From Octopus vulgaris (taxonomy: Eukaryota), in assembly GCA_951406725.2 (NCBI GenBank), contig OX597840.1:31868001-31932000 (forward strand): a stretch of 64,000 bases of DNA, written 5' to 3'. Positions within the stretch are counted from its first letter, which is position 1. Each line of letters opens with the position of its first letter. Below the pieces are notes generated by a model. The model did no database searches. It had not been told where the DNA came from and worked only from the letters and a program-made list of their open reading frames with translations. The position numbers were made by a program, and so were the translations under genes. This document shows, in pieces, positions 38,639 through 51,989 of the stretch.

Positions 38639-38776
38639 GTTTAAATATTTAACTTGGCGAGGTTTAATCAATGAACTTTTATCTCTAATTTAATATAATA
38701 TAATATTTTACTATAAAATTGGATTCAATCCTAAATATGATTTTTCCCTGTAAGTTTGGATTTATTCCCTAATATT

Positions 38777-38843
<67 letters not shown>

Positions 38844-39107
38844 CACGACAGGCTTCTTTCAGTTTCCGTCTACCAAATCCACTCACAAGGCTTTGGTCGG
38901 CCCGAAGCTATAGTAGAAGACACTTGCCCAAAGTGCCACGCAGTGGGATTGAACTCGAACCATGTGGTTGGTAAGCAAGCTACTTACCACGCAGCCACTC
39001 CTACGCCTGAAATTGATATCATCTTCAAATTCCTTTCCACTACGTTTTCCTTTTTGCAGTATATTTGAATCTCGATCCAGGTCTTTCTTGGTTTCTCTTC
39101 TTGCATA

Positions 39108-39937
39108 AGCATTAATAAATCTCCGACGGAGATATAAACAGTAACCGCTCGACAACGTAAAGTGTGCTAGCCATCTGAATGTGGCTAGCCACTGGGGTGG
39201 GGTGTTACTGACGCTTTTAGCCCCACGAGATCAACGTCTCCGGCTGGCCTTAGACACAATTTCTGTGCCCTTGTGTTATTTGCAATGGGAGGTTATCCTC
39301 CCTCGAAAACCTAAGTGCTACATACGGACTATAGTTTCAAGGTAATTGCCTCTCGTCAACGCATGGTAAACACCGGTTGAGGATAGGCAATTACCTTGAA
39401 ACTATAGTCCGTATGTATCACTTAGGTTTTCGAGGGAGGATGACCTCCCTTTGCAAATAACACAAGGGCACTGAAATTTTGTGTCTAAGGCCAGTTGGTG
39501 ACGTTGATCTCCTGGGGCTAAAAGCATCAGTAACACCCCACCCCCAGTGGCTAGCCACATTCAGATGGCTAGTACACTTTACGTTGTCGAGCGGTTACTG
39601 TTTATATCTTGTTCGGAGATTTATTAATGCATTCAGACAGTTTTTCTAAATCAGTGACTATGGTTGCTGTGAAAAACGTCAAATATTATTTGCAAAGGTC
39701 TCCTTCATCGAAAACCGGTGTTTACCATGCGTTGACGAGAGGCAAATACCTTGAAACTATAGTCCGTATGTAGCACTTAGGTTTTCGAGGGAGGATGAAC
39801 TCCCTTTGCAAATAACACAAGGGCACAGAAATTGTGTCTAAGGCCAGCTGGAGACGTTGATCTCCTGGGGATAAAAGCGTCAGTAACACCCCACTCCCAG
39901 TGGCTAGCCACATTCAGATGGCTAGTACACTTTACGT
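39108..39937. mobile_element. Three copies of a ~250-bp hammerhead-bearing unit (one inverted, two direct); Penelope pLTR/retrozyme-like
   Basis: 39108-39378 is inverted relative to 39376-39632 and 39714-39937; hammerheads at 39321-39365(-) and 39726-39770(+). Confidence 0.75.
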
Positions 39938-39939
39938 CT

Positions 39940-40090
39940 TCTTGCATAGTTAGGAGTAAAGGATTTCTCTGGGGAGTTTGCTGTTGTCCATTCTGTGTAT
40001 ATGTCCCACCCAACGTAAATTTCTTTCAAGAGAATTTCCATCAAAGGTGGCGGGTCAGCACGCCATGGGGTCTCTTCGGTCCGTATCTTG
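39940..40090 (-). mobile_element. Small RTE-type LINE C-terminal fragment
   Basis: Translates ERNLRWVGHIHRMDNSKLPREILYS. Confidence 0.65.
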
Positions 40091-40199
40091 TCAAAGAGAG
40101 TAATATTCGTGATTCGTCGTACCTCTCTCATCAACTTGTCTTCTTGGGCTGAATTGAGTGTACAGGTTTGAGAGATATGATGCTAATTATTCGATGAAG

Positions 40200-41081
40200 C
40201 TATATATAAACGGCAGTTTGTCTGTTTGTGTGTCTGTGTGTCTGTCAGGTTGTACCCTCACCCTGACCACGGCTTTCAACCGATTCTGATGAAACTTGAC
40301 ACACACATAGCCCAATGTCATAATTCAAAACTAACGCAGCTAAAATTTTGAAAAGTTTCCCCAGTTCTGAAAAGAATCGATAAATTCGACATGGGGTCGA
40401 GAATCTAAGCTTTTTATATGCAACACATTTTCTGTCTAGGGGACACAACTCGACCTTTTTATCGCCCAGAAGGACAGCTAGGAACATCGTATACACAGAA
40501 GTATTTGAGTGAAGAGAAGACATTGCAACCTACACATGCGCCTTCGTTCCCTAGAGGGAAAGGACTAGATTGGGATTAGTCGTTGCGTACTAGGGGCTCT
40601 TACATACCCGGGCAACGTCGGGCTATGCTGCTAGTATAGAATAAGGATATATATAAACGGCAGTTTGTCTGTCTGTGTGTCCGTGTGTCTGTCAGGTTGT
40701 ACCCTCACCCTGACCACGGCTTTCAACCGATTCTGATGAAACTTGACACACACATAGCCCAATGTCATAATTCAAAACTAACGTAGCTAAAATTTTGAAA
40801 AGCTTCCCCAGTTCTGAAAAAAATCGATAAATTCGACATGGGGTCGAGAATCTAAGCTTTTTATATGCAACACATTTTCTGTCTAGGGGACACAACTCGA
40901 CCTATTTATCGCCCAAAAGGACAGCTAGGAACATCGTATACACAGAAGTATTCGAGTGAAGAGAAGACATTGCAACCTACACATGCGCCTTCGTTCCCTA
41001 GAGGGAAAGGACTAGATTGGGATTAGTCGTTGCCTACTAGGGGCTCTTGCGTACCCGGGCAACGCCGGGCTATGCTGCTAG
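40200..41081 (+). mobile_element. Two tandem non-autonomous Helitrons (second family)
   Basis: ~445-bp direct repeat, each ending CCCGGGCAACG(T/C)CGGG...CTGCTAG|T (40634, 41081). Confidence 0.85.
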
Positions 41082-41136
41082 TATAGAATAAAGATTTCAA
41101 ATTTCGGCACAAAGCCAGCAATTTCGGTGTTGGGGT

Positions 41137-41448
41137 GGACAAGATATCTCAAGAACCGCTGGATGGATTCGGATGAAACTTTCAGGGATATTTTGGCCTC
41201 GTGAGTGGCATGAACTGATTAGTTTTTGGGATCGATCCGGTACTGGACAAGGATTCTGGATTATTTTTCCTGTTTTTTATTTTTTTTTATTTTTAAGAGC
41301 AGCCGGATTCATTTTTAGAATTCTCGTTTGTGAGAGCAGTCGAGTTTATTTCAGATATTTTCACCTTAAAAATCATCTTTGGATTATCGTTGAGAGGACG
41401 TTGGTGCTGCCTTGGCAGAGGTTTGCATTCTCTGCGTACTCGTGTTTA
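41137..41448 (+). mobile_element. Probable Helentron/HINE-like 3' portion
   Basis: GGATGGATTCGGATGAAACTT internal motif and CCTTGGCAGAGGTTTGCATTCTCTGCGTAC..TTT end. Confidence 0.55.
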
Positions 41449-41680
41449 TAATAGTTTTATCTGCTTCAATTTTCAGCCTCAAATACAATTCGCTCATATC
41501 TCGCTAAGTTTTTAAAATTTATATAATGTATTCAAATTGGGTGTTGAGGAACTGGTTCATAACTGGAATCCATATTCAGTATAATATGTGTGTGTATAAA
41601 TAGTTTGCTTTTTATTTCTTTTAGTCATTAGGCTACGACCTTGAACAATTTTCGTCGTACCAATCGACAGACTGAATATA

Positions 41681-41792
<112 letters not shown>

Positions 41793-41962
41793 TTATTTCT
41801 CCCTTCGGCGTTACATATTCCTACTTTCACTTTTGAAATTCTTGATTTTTCGTTTATTTCAGTTGCAGTTCGATGTTCGGAGTGAACTCAAAGACTTTAT
41901 GATTCTATGTTTATTATTATTATCATTATTATTATTATTATTATCATTATTATTATTATTAT

Positions 41963-42497
41963 TGAGTGAGAGAGCAGTGCATGCCATCGAAGTGACATTG
42001 GGGTAAAATATAAGAAGCCCAGTATACCCATCATGACTACCCGTCTGATAAGGGTACACTAGGCACATGCATCACAACCATATGTGCGCGACATGGCGAT
42101 CTCATATCAAGATAAACAGCACATGACCTTGCAGGTGGAGCCCAGTTAGAATTTTCTTCAGGTTGAGTAGCCCATCCCGCTTAAAAGGGCCCTGAATAAG
42201 GGTTGTTTAAGGATGTTGAAAGAACCACCCATGTTTCCAGAGGTGAATTATTCAAACCCCAAAGAATCCCTCTCAACACATGGCTATGATGCTCCCCCAC
42301 TACTTCTGCTCGTGATCAGAGATGCACATATCGTCAGCCACTAAGGGACATGCTCAACTGGTTAAGGTCCAACAACTGACAAGCAAATCTGTGGTATTGA
42401 GCAGAATATTTGCTGTAGCCCATCTTTTATACCAAGACAAAACAATGTACATGATAACACTTCCAATCAGTTAAGATCAGAAGCCATGAGAGCCACT
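41963..42497 (-). mobile_element. Unclassified retroposed repeat with (AAT)n tail
   Basis: Higher-GC block abutting a TTA microsatellite, no ORF; class not determined. Confidence 0.4.
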
Positions 42498-42499
42498 TA

Positions 42500-42866
42500 T
42501 CTCTCTCTATATAAAGCTGAAGTTGTCTGTGTATGGCAGGTTTGGCAGCCTTCAACTAACACTATCTCCTCCAAGACCCTGCGGCACAAGTTGACCAAAA
42601 TTGAAAGTATGATAGAAGAAGGCTTACTCTTCCTTTAGTAGAAGAAAAAATTCAAATCGGACCATGTTGACACCAAAAATAATTTACATAAAAAAGTGCT
42701 TTTTTCTATGAAAATCCCTATTTTTTACGAGTTTTTTGACTGCTCTGTCGTCATTTTTCGGTGTATTTCAACCAGAAAAATATTCACTTAAAGAGAATAA
42801 CAAGCTACATAATTCCAATTCTAAAGGGTCGAAACAAACCCGAGCAACGCCGGGCTATACTGCTAG
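42500..42866 (+). mobile_element. Non-autonomous Helitron (third family)
   Basis: 5' TC, 3' CCCGAGCAACGCCGGG...CTAG|T. Confidence 0.75.
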
Positions 42867-42897
<31 letters not shown>

Positions 42898-43097
42898 ATG
42901 AAAGTTTCGTTCATTTGGTTTCAGTTTTATATGCGTGTTTAAGATGACTGCAACATACGAATATTCCAAAAGTATCAAGCGTTACTATCTAGATATTCTA
43001 CGATTTTCAAGGTGAAGAAAACGTAGATGAAAAAGATTAAGAAAAAAAATGGAAAGAAATACATTTCAGCATTTTGAAGATATTAATTTTTTAATAA

Positions 43098-43136
<39 letters not shown>

Positions 43137-43292
43137 TATATATATATATATATATATATATACGCATAAACACACTTATATATTAAGCTGAATAAACATA
43201 TTTACATATACATTGTGTGAGTGTGTGTGTATGCATTTATATGTCTGAATTTGCTTTTACATGCTTACATATACGTACACACGTATATATAT

Positions 43293-43337
<45 letters not shown>

Positions 43338-43360
43338 TGTTTTGTTTTTGTTTTTGTTTT

Positions 43361-43567
43361 TCCAGTTTCAGCTCTTGAGCTGTGGCCATGCTGGGGCACC
43401 GCCATTGTGGTGAAAGAGTACAGCAGGGATCACCACCCCCTGCCGGAGCCTCGTAGAGCTTTTAGGTGTTTTCGCTCAATAAACACACACAACGCCCGGT
43501 CTGAGAATCGAAACCGCGATCCTGCGACCGCGAGTCCGCTGCCCTAACCACTAGGCCATTGCACCTC

Positions 43568-43568
<1 letters not shown>
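43361..43568 (-). mobile_element. Chimeric SINE: family C head joined to CR1-like tail
   Basis: ...CTCTTTCACCACAA|TGGCGGTGCCCCAGCATGGCCACAGCTCAAGAGCTGAAAC. Confidence 0.8.
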
Positions 43569-43612
<44 letters not shown>

Positions 43613-43691
43613 GTATATATATTACTATTTATACGTAAATATTAATATATTGTACTAACATGTACATACACATACACACTCATACATATAA

Positions 43692-43726
<35 letters not shown>

Positions 43727-43791
43727 TATATAAACATATACATATACATATATACATATACATATATACATATACATATATACATATATAC

Positions 43792-43828
<37 letters not shown>

Positions 43829-43843
43829 TGTATGTATGTATAC

Positions 43844-43878
<35 letters not shown>

Positions 43879-43890
43879 TATGTATGTATA

Positions 43891-43925
<35 letters not shown>

Positions 43926-44527
43926 TTAATTAAAGTGTTTTATCTTTAGCTTTTCCTTACAATTCTGAAATTTCCTATTTAGGCAATATTAACCCTTTAC
44001 CATATTTTTCGTCAGCATCCTTATCTAAGAGCACAATATCCAGTTCTTCATAATTGTTTTTGTTCTCTCCTTGTCTTTTTTTTTTTGGTGGTAGTGGCGG
44101 TGTGGGGATGCGGTGGTTGTATGGGTGCTCTAATTCTTCATCGTTTTTTTTTTCTTCTTCTACCTCTTTCCTGTGTGCAGGAGCAAAACAAAAAAAAACA
44201 AACAAACAAAGAAAAAACTGTGGAAGAGGAAATATTGTTTTCCGTTTTTGTTTCTGTTTTGTTTTTTGTTTTTTTTTCTGTTCATTTTCTTTTTCTCTTT
44301 TTTGGATGTTGTTCTTTATTTTTCAAACACGTTGCTTACTATTTTTTTTTTCTTTTCTTGTTATATACACCCAAACCCCTGCAAGAAAGATATACACACA
44401 TGCATACACACATGCATACACACATTCACATATCTATGTATGCATGCATACACACGTGTGTGTGTGTGTGCATATATATTTCATATATATATATATACAT
44501 ATATATATATATGTATGTATATATATG

Positions 44528-44584
<57 letters not shown>

Positions 44585-44753
44585 TTATATATATATATAT
44601 ATATGCATGTATTTATATATATATATATATATATATATAGATATAGATATATATAAATAACAATAGGGTAATAAGAAATTATGATTACCAGTGGTATAGC
44701 ACAAAAACGAATTAGTCATTAGACTATATATTATTCATATAATATGTGAATTA

Positions 44754-44804
<51 letters not shown>

Positions 44805-44805
44805 G

Positions 44806-45033
44806 TCAACAACAATTGAGGAATGACTACAATAAGCCGTTCGACCCACTAGAAATAGCAGCCAGGGCTCAAACCGCAAATAGTAGTAATACCGAAATCT
44901 AAGGAAAAATTAGAAAAACATTTTCCCTGTTTTTTCTTAGATTTTGGAATTACTACTATTTGCGGTTTGAGCCCTGGCTGCTATTTCTAGTGGGACGAAC
45001 GGCTTATTGTAGCCGTTCCTCAATTGTTGTTGA
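44806..45033. repeat. Fold-back palindrome, arms about 100 bp
   Basis: TCAACAACAATTGAGGAA...CTAAG / CTTAG...TTCCTCAATTGTTGTTGA. Confidence 0.9.
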
Positions 45034-45179
45034 ATTTATTCATAGTCTCTGACTATCTCCTTTTTCTCACTAGACCGCTGGTGGCAAAATAATTTCTATT
45101 GAATTTTTTGCTACCCTAAATTGATTATATATATATATATATATATATATACACGTATATATATATATATATATACACG

Positions 45180-45210
<31 letters not shown>

Positions 45211-45214
45211 GCAC

Positions 45215-45265
<51 letters not shown>

Positions 45266-45958
45266 TATGTATTTTAAATATGTCTATATTCACGTATATC
45301 GACATTTCTTAAAACTATACTGATGTATGCTTGATCAAACGTTCATTTTACGTAGCCTGTATTTGGGTCATATCTATTATTATTGGAAACCTAACTGATT
45401 TGCCATCAACTCGATTCGATTTGCCATCACTTGACCGTTAAAACTTCAACGGACAAAAAAAATATCTGTTTCAACTTTCATTTGATTTGGAATTAAGAGA
45501 ACGAAGCGCAGCATTGTTTACCTTTGTAGATTATACAAGTTTCTGATGAGCAAAATTCAGAAACGTAGCGCAGAAATTACGTCGCCACGCTGTGTTTCTG
45601 TTGTAAGAAATCCCGCTTCTTTATATTGGTGTCCTTCCTTCGTGTTGAGAGTTGACATCGGAACCGAATGCTGATGTTACCTATTATAATATATCTTAAT
45701 ATATTAACATATCATTATAATATGGTATTACTCCTTACTCTCTCTTTTACTCTTTTACTTGTTTCAGTCATTTGACTGCGGCCATGCTGGAGCACCGCCT
45801 TTAATCGAGCAAATTGACCCCGGGACTTATTCTTTTGTAAGCCCAGTACTTATTCTATCGGTCTCTTTTGCCGAACCGCTAGGTAACGGGGACATAAACA
45901 CAACAGCATCGGTTGTCAAGCAATGCTAGGGGAACAAACACAGACACACAAACACACA

Positions 45959-46000
<42 letters not shown>

Positions 46001-46258
46001 CATATATATATATATACGACGGGCTTCTTTCAGTTTCCGTCTACCAAATCCACTCAAGACTTTGGTTGGCCCGAGGCTATAGTAGAAGACACTTGCCCAA
46101 GGTGTCACGCAGTGGGACTGAACCCGGAACCGTGTGGTTGGTAAACAAGCTACTTACCACACAGCCACTCTTGCGCCTAACCTAATATACATTTTAGCGC
46201 TTGTTTATCCATTGACAAGTATAGCTTCTAGTGTTACCATTGCGTGTATCAGGTATGA

Positions 46259-46996
46259 GTGGAGGCGCAATGGCCCAGTGGTTAGGGCAGCGGACTCGCG
46301 GTCATAGGATCGCGGTTTCGATTCTCAGACCGGGCGTTGTGAGTGTTTATTGAGCGAAAACACCTAAAGCTCCACGAGGCTCCGGCAGAGGATGGTGGTG
46401 ATCCCTGCTGTACTCTTTCACCACAACTTTCTCTCACTCTTTCTTCCTGTTTCTGTTGTACCTGTATTTCAAAGGGCCGGCCTTGTCACTCTCTGTGTCA
46501 CGCTGAATATCCCCGAGAACTACGTTAAGGGTACACGTGTCTGTGGAGTGCTCAGCCACTTACACGTTAATTTCACGAGCAGGCTGTTCCGTTGATTCGG
46601 ATCAACCGGAACCCACGTCGTCGTAACCGACGGAGTGCTTCCATTTCAAAGGGCCGGCCTTGTCACTCTCTGTGTCACGCTGAATATCCCCGAGAACTAC
46701 GTTAAGGGTACAAGTGTCTGTGGAGTGCTCAGCCACTTACACGTTAATTTCACGAGCAGGCTGTTCCGTTGATTCGGATCAACCGGAACCCTCGTCGTCG
46801 TAACCGAAGGAGTGCTTCCATTTCAAAGGGCCGGCCTTGTCACTCTCTGTGTCACGCTCTAATATCCCCGAGAACTACGTTAAGGGTGCACGTGTCTGTG
46901 GAGTGCTCAGCCACTTACACGTTAATTTCACGAGCAGGCTGTTCCGTTGGTCGGATCAACCGGAACCCTCATCGTCGTAACCGACGGAGTGCTTCC
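46259..46996 (+). mobile_element. SINE family C with its 3' ~178 bp triplicated in tandem
   Basis: ATTTCAAAGGGCCGG...GGAGTGCTTCC occurs three times. Confidence 0.9.
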
Positions 46997-47130
46997 CCCT
47001 TTCCTATCAGGTATGAAATTCCCTTGTGTTTTCTTTCATTTTGTTTTCGATCTGTTTTACAGATCTGTAAAAGGACTGTGACGCTAATTTTTCGGCAATT
47101 TTACCGTAGACATTAGCTTTTATAGTATCA

Positions 47131-48433
47131 CTAGCAGTATCGCCCGGCGTTGCTCGGGTTTGTAAGGGAAATAACTATATAAGCATTTTTAGAGAGTTAT
47201 AGCAATAAAATGCATTAAAAATGGAATAAAAAATTATGGTAATTTTTTTTCTAAATCGTTGACTCATCGTAGATATTTTTAGAGAGTTACTTCCCTTATA
47301 TAATAGCCAAAAAATGCATTAAAAATGGAATAAAAAATTACGGTAATTTCTTTTTTAAATCGCTGACTCATCGTAGATATTTTTAGAGAGTTACTTCCCT
47401 TATATAATAGCGAAAAAATGCATTAAAATGAAAAAAATGAAGGTAAATTTTTTTTTAAATCGTAGACTCATCGTAGACGCGCGCTAATACCCAGAAGGGC
47501 TCGATATGAATCACGACTATAAGATACCCGCTTTTGGTTAAACTGCACCGCAAAATGTGGGAGTAGTTAGGAATCTAAATCGTAGGAGGCAGACACACAA
47601 CTTCACTTTTATATATAAAGACTAGCAGTATCGTCCGGCGTTGCACGGGTGTGTAAGGGAAATAACTATATAAGCATTTTTAGAGAGTTATAGCAAAAAA
47701 ATGCATTAAAAATGGAATAAAAAATTATGGTAATTTTTTTTTTAATCGTTGTAGATATTTTTAGAGAGTTACTTCCCTTATATAATAGCGAAAAATGCAT
47801 TAAAAATGGAATAAAAAATTATGGTAATTTTCTTTTAAATCGTTGACTCATCGTAGATATTTTTAGAGAGTTACTTCCCTAATATAATAGCGAAAAAATG
47901 CATTAAAATGAAAAAAATTATGGTAGATTTTTTTAAAATCGTAGACTCATCGTAGACGCGCGCTAATACCCAGAAGGGCTCGATATGAATCACGACTATA
48001 AGATACCCGAATTTGGTTAAACTGCACCACAAAATGTGGGAGTAGTTAGGAATCTAAATCGTAGGAGACAGACAAACTATATAAGCATTTTTAGAGAGTT
48101 ATAGCCAAAAAATAGCAAAAAAACGCATTAAAAATGGAAAAAAATTATGGTAATTTTTTTTTTAAATCGTTGACTCATCGTAGATATTTTTAGAGAGTTA
48201 CTTTCCTTATATAATAGCGAAAAAATGCATTAAAACGGAAAAAAATGATGGTAAATTTTGTTTTAAATCGTAGACTCATCGTAGACGCGCGCTAATACCC
48301 AGAAGGGCTCGATATGAATGACGACTATAAGATACCCGAATTTGGTTAAACTGCATCGCAAAATGTGGGAGTAGTTAGGAATCTAAATCGTAGGAGACAG
48401 ACAGACACACAACTTCACTTTTATATATAAAGA
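47131..48433 (-). mobile_element. Tandem array of about three non-autonomous Helitrons with internal subrepeats
   Basis: Junction AAAGA|CTAG at 47621/47622; third unit starts near 48076. Confidence 0.88.
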
Positions 48434-48780
48434 TTATGGCGAGCGTGCCAAGAGAATATCAATGCACTGATTTCGTTTTCTACCCAGTGGCGTTTTAGAA
48501 TTCGCCTTTACCTTCGAAACACGGAGTAGACGAAACGGAGGCGGCTGAAGAAGGGGAATTTTCCTTGTGTCGTATGTCTTGTAGCCTGTTTTTTCGTTGT
48601 TTAAAAAAATGTCCGTTTCCATAGTTCTCTTTTTATGTTTTCGTTTCTCATTGTGTTCGACGTTTATTTTGGTATCCTGTACCTATATATGTATGTATAT
48701 ATACATATAGATGTAGGCACGTACATATATATATATATGTATATATGCATATGTTTTATCCATTATTTTGTTATTATATA

Positions 48781-49170
48781 TCTTTATATATAAAAGTAAG
48801 GTTGTGTGCTGTCTGTCTCCTACGATTTAGATTCCTAACTACTCCCACATTTTGCGGTGCAGTTTAACCAAAACCGGGTATCTTATAGTCATGATTCATA
48901 TCGAGCCCGTCTGGCTATTAGCGTGTGTCTACGATGAGTCTACGATTTTAAAAAAAATTTACCATAATCTTTTTCCATTTTAATTCATTTTTTCGCTATT
49001 ATATAAGGGAAGTAACTCTCTAAAAATGTCTACGATGAGTCAACGATTTTTTAAAAAATTTACCATCATCTTTTTTCCATTTTTAATGCATTTTTTTGGC
49101 TATAACTCTCTAAAAATGCTTATATAGTTATTTCCCTTACAAACCCGAGCAGCGCCGGGCGATACTGCTA

Positions 49171-49171
<1 letters not shown>
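48781..49171 (+). mobile_element. Non-autonomous Helitron
   Basis: TCTTTATATATAAAAG...CCCGAGCAGCGCCGGG..CTAG|T. Confidence 0.88.
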
Positions 49172-49207
<36 letters not shown>

Positions 49208-49715
49208 CGCAGGAGTGGCTGTGTGGTAAGTAACTTGTTTACCAACCACATGGTTCCGGGTTCAGTCCCACTGCGTGGCATCTTGGGCAAGTGTCTTCTA
49301 CTATAGCCTCGGGCCGACCAAAGGCTTGTGAGTGGATTTGGTATACGGAAACTGAAAGAAGCCCGTCGTATATATGTATATATATATGTATGTGTGTGTG
49401 TTTGTGTGTCTGTGTTTGTTCCCCTAGCATTGCTTGACAACCGATGCTGGTGTGTTTACGTCCCCGTCACTTAGCGGTTCCGCAAAAGAGACCGATAGAA
49501 TAAGTACTGGGCTTATAAAGAATAAGTCCCGGGGTCGATTTGCTCGACTAAAAGCGTTGCTCCAGCATGGCCACAGTCAAATGACTGAAACAAGTAAAAG
49601 ATTAAAAGAAAAATTATATATATATATATATATATGAACTTGCACGACGATGCAACGATGCAATTCACTGCCAGAACGTTGACTCCTCTGAGATATACAG
49701 TGTACATGCATGTAC

Positions 49716-49757
<42 letters not shown>

Positions 49758-49795
49758 TTATATATATATCATTTAGGACAAACAGTAAGCTGTCA

Positions 49796-49857
49796 TTACA
49801 GTACTCGAGTTTCGAACGTCGAAGCCAAGAGCTACGATGCATTCTCGTCGGCTATAA
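49796..49857 (-). ncRNA. Type I hammerhead motif (U4C variant) with palindromic stem III
   Basis: ttatag-CCGACGA-gaatg...cgttc-GAAA-CTCGAG-TA-ctgtaa. Confidence 0.7.
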
Positions 49858-49959
49858 TTGACAACATACAGTTTGACCTAAATTATATAAATTATATAAA
49901 TAATTCTCTATTTACCTAACATCGAGGTCTCATTCTTTTGTTGTCACCTTTTACCATCA

Positions 49960-50047
<88 letters not shown>

Positions 50048-50429
50048 CATTATTATTATTATTATAATATATATATATATATAGATTCCTTTTTGCATAT
50101 ACACATGCAAATGCAGTTACATATATAATAAACATTTACCATATATACAATAATTGCAAGGTTCACCGTTCTATCGTCGGTGCTTTGTCAGTGAACTGCG
50201 TCGATGTGCTCATTTCAAAGCAATGCTTATTTTAACTGTGCCCCCAGGGAGGGGGAGAAACCGTCACATTGTCTTCATACAGTTTTGATACAAAACACGC
50301 TTGAGATCCAGGGGAGAAAGAGTTACCAAGGTTAATAGCAAGCAGAAGAATAAGGGCAAAAATTCACGGTAAATAAATATAACAAATAGAGCAAAAAAGG
50401 GAAAAAGACTACAACTATATTAAATGTAA

Positions 50430-50482
50430 TATAATAATAATAATAATAATAATAAGAAGAAGAATAATAATAATAATAATAA

Positions 50483-50513
<31 letters not shown>

Positions 50514-50550
50514 AATTATAATAATGATAATAATAATAATGATGATGATG

Positions 50551-50582
<32 letters not shown>

Positions 50583-50637
50583 GATGGTAATAATAATAAT
50601 AATAATAATGATAATAATAATAATAATAATAATAATG

Positions 50638-50673
<36 letters not shown>

Positions 50674-50832
50674 GTAATAATGATAATAATAATAATAATG
50701 ATAATAATAATAATAATAATAATAGTAATAATAATGATAATAATAATAATAATGATAATAATAATAATAATAATAATAGTAATAGTAATAATAATAATAA
50801 TAATAATAATGATAATAATAATGATGATGATG

Positions 50833-50878
<46 letters not shown>

Positions 50879-50930
50879 GATAATAATAATAATAATAACA
50901 ATAATAATAATAATATACTGATGATGATGA

Positions 50931-50986
<56 letters not shown>

Positions 50987-51052
50987 TAATAATAATAATA
51001 ATAATGATAATAATAATAATAATGATGATGATGATGATGATGATAATAATAA
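50430..51052. repeat. (AAT/GAT/AAG)n microsatellite
   Basis: Direct observation. Confidence 0.97.
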
Positions 51053-51152
51053 CCACGATGGTTAGCGTTTCAATTTCCACGGCCGAGAAGAGACATAAGC
51101 CTGTTTGCACTCACAGGCACAGATGTACACTCGCTTGAGTTTCGTGTTATAA

Positions 51153-51196
<44 letters not shown>

Positions 51197-51313
51197 ACAC
51201 ACAACATATATCTATATATGTATATATATATATATATGATATATTTATATATATATATATATTGCATATATGGTATCCCATGGTGGGTTGCATTTACAAC
51301 CCCTATCTCAATT

Positions 51314-51374
<61 letters not shown>

Positions 51375-51483
51375 ACATAAACTTATATATATACATACAG
51401 ACAGGGACAGAGAGAGAGAAAAGGACACAATATATTTGTATTTGGATGCATGTATGTATGCATATGTATATGCACACACACCT

Positions 51484-51542
<59 letters not shown>

Positions 51543-51989
51543 AAACTATAATACATATGTGTATGAGTATGTAGATATATATCTATTATATATCATATTT
51601 ATATAGAAATCAATATATGTGTATCTATACATCTACACATACATATATATATTTATTTATATATTTGTATACACATACACACGTATATATATATATGCAT
51701 AACATTTTAAAATTGTTTCAGCTTCAAAACTACGGCCATGCTGAGGCACAACCGTTGACTTGCACGACACCATTACTTGAAATCTTCTCTGAAATGTGGC
51801 ATTTTGTGAATGAGGATGTTTGCTTCTGCTTCCTTCGTCTGTGTTTTCTGCCATGTGTTTGCCTCATCGGGAAGCCTTGACAGAAGAAGATCCAGTTTTG
51901 CAGGTTTCGCAAGCATTTTAGAAGGATATTGAATAGCCGTGGGCCCTTGAAACCCAAGCTGTTGCAGTATCTGGTCCTGTATTAGGATG

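Noticed and set aside
45537-45590. Hammerhead-like CTGATGA...GAAACG (also a weak case at 27480-27520)
   Set aside because: No convincing stem II, so not called as a feature.
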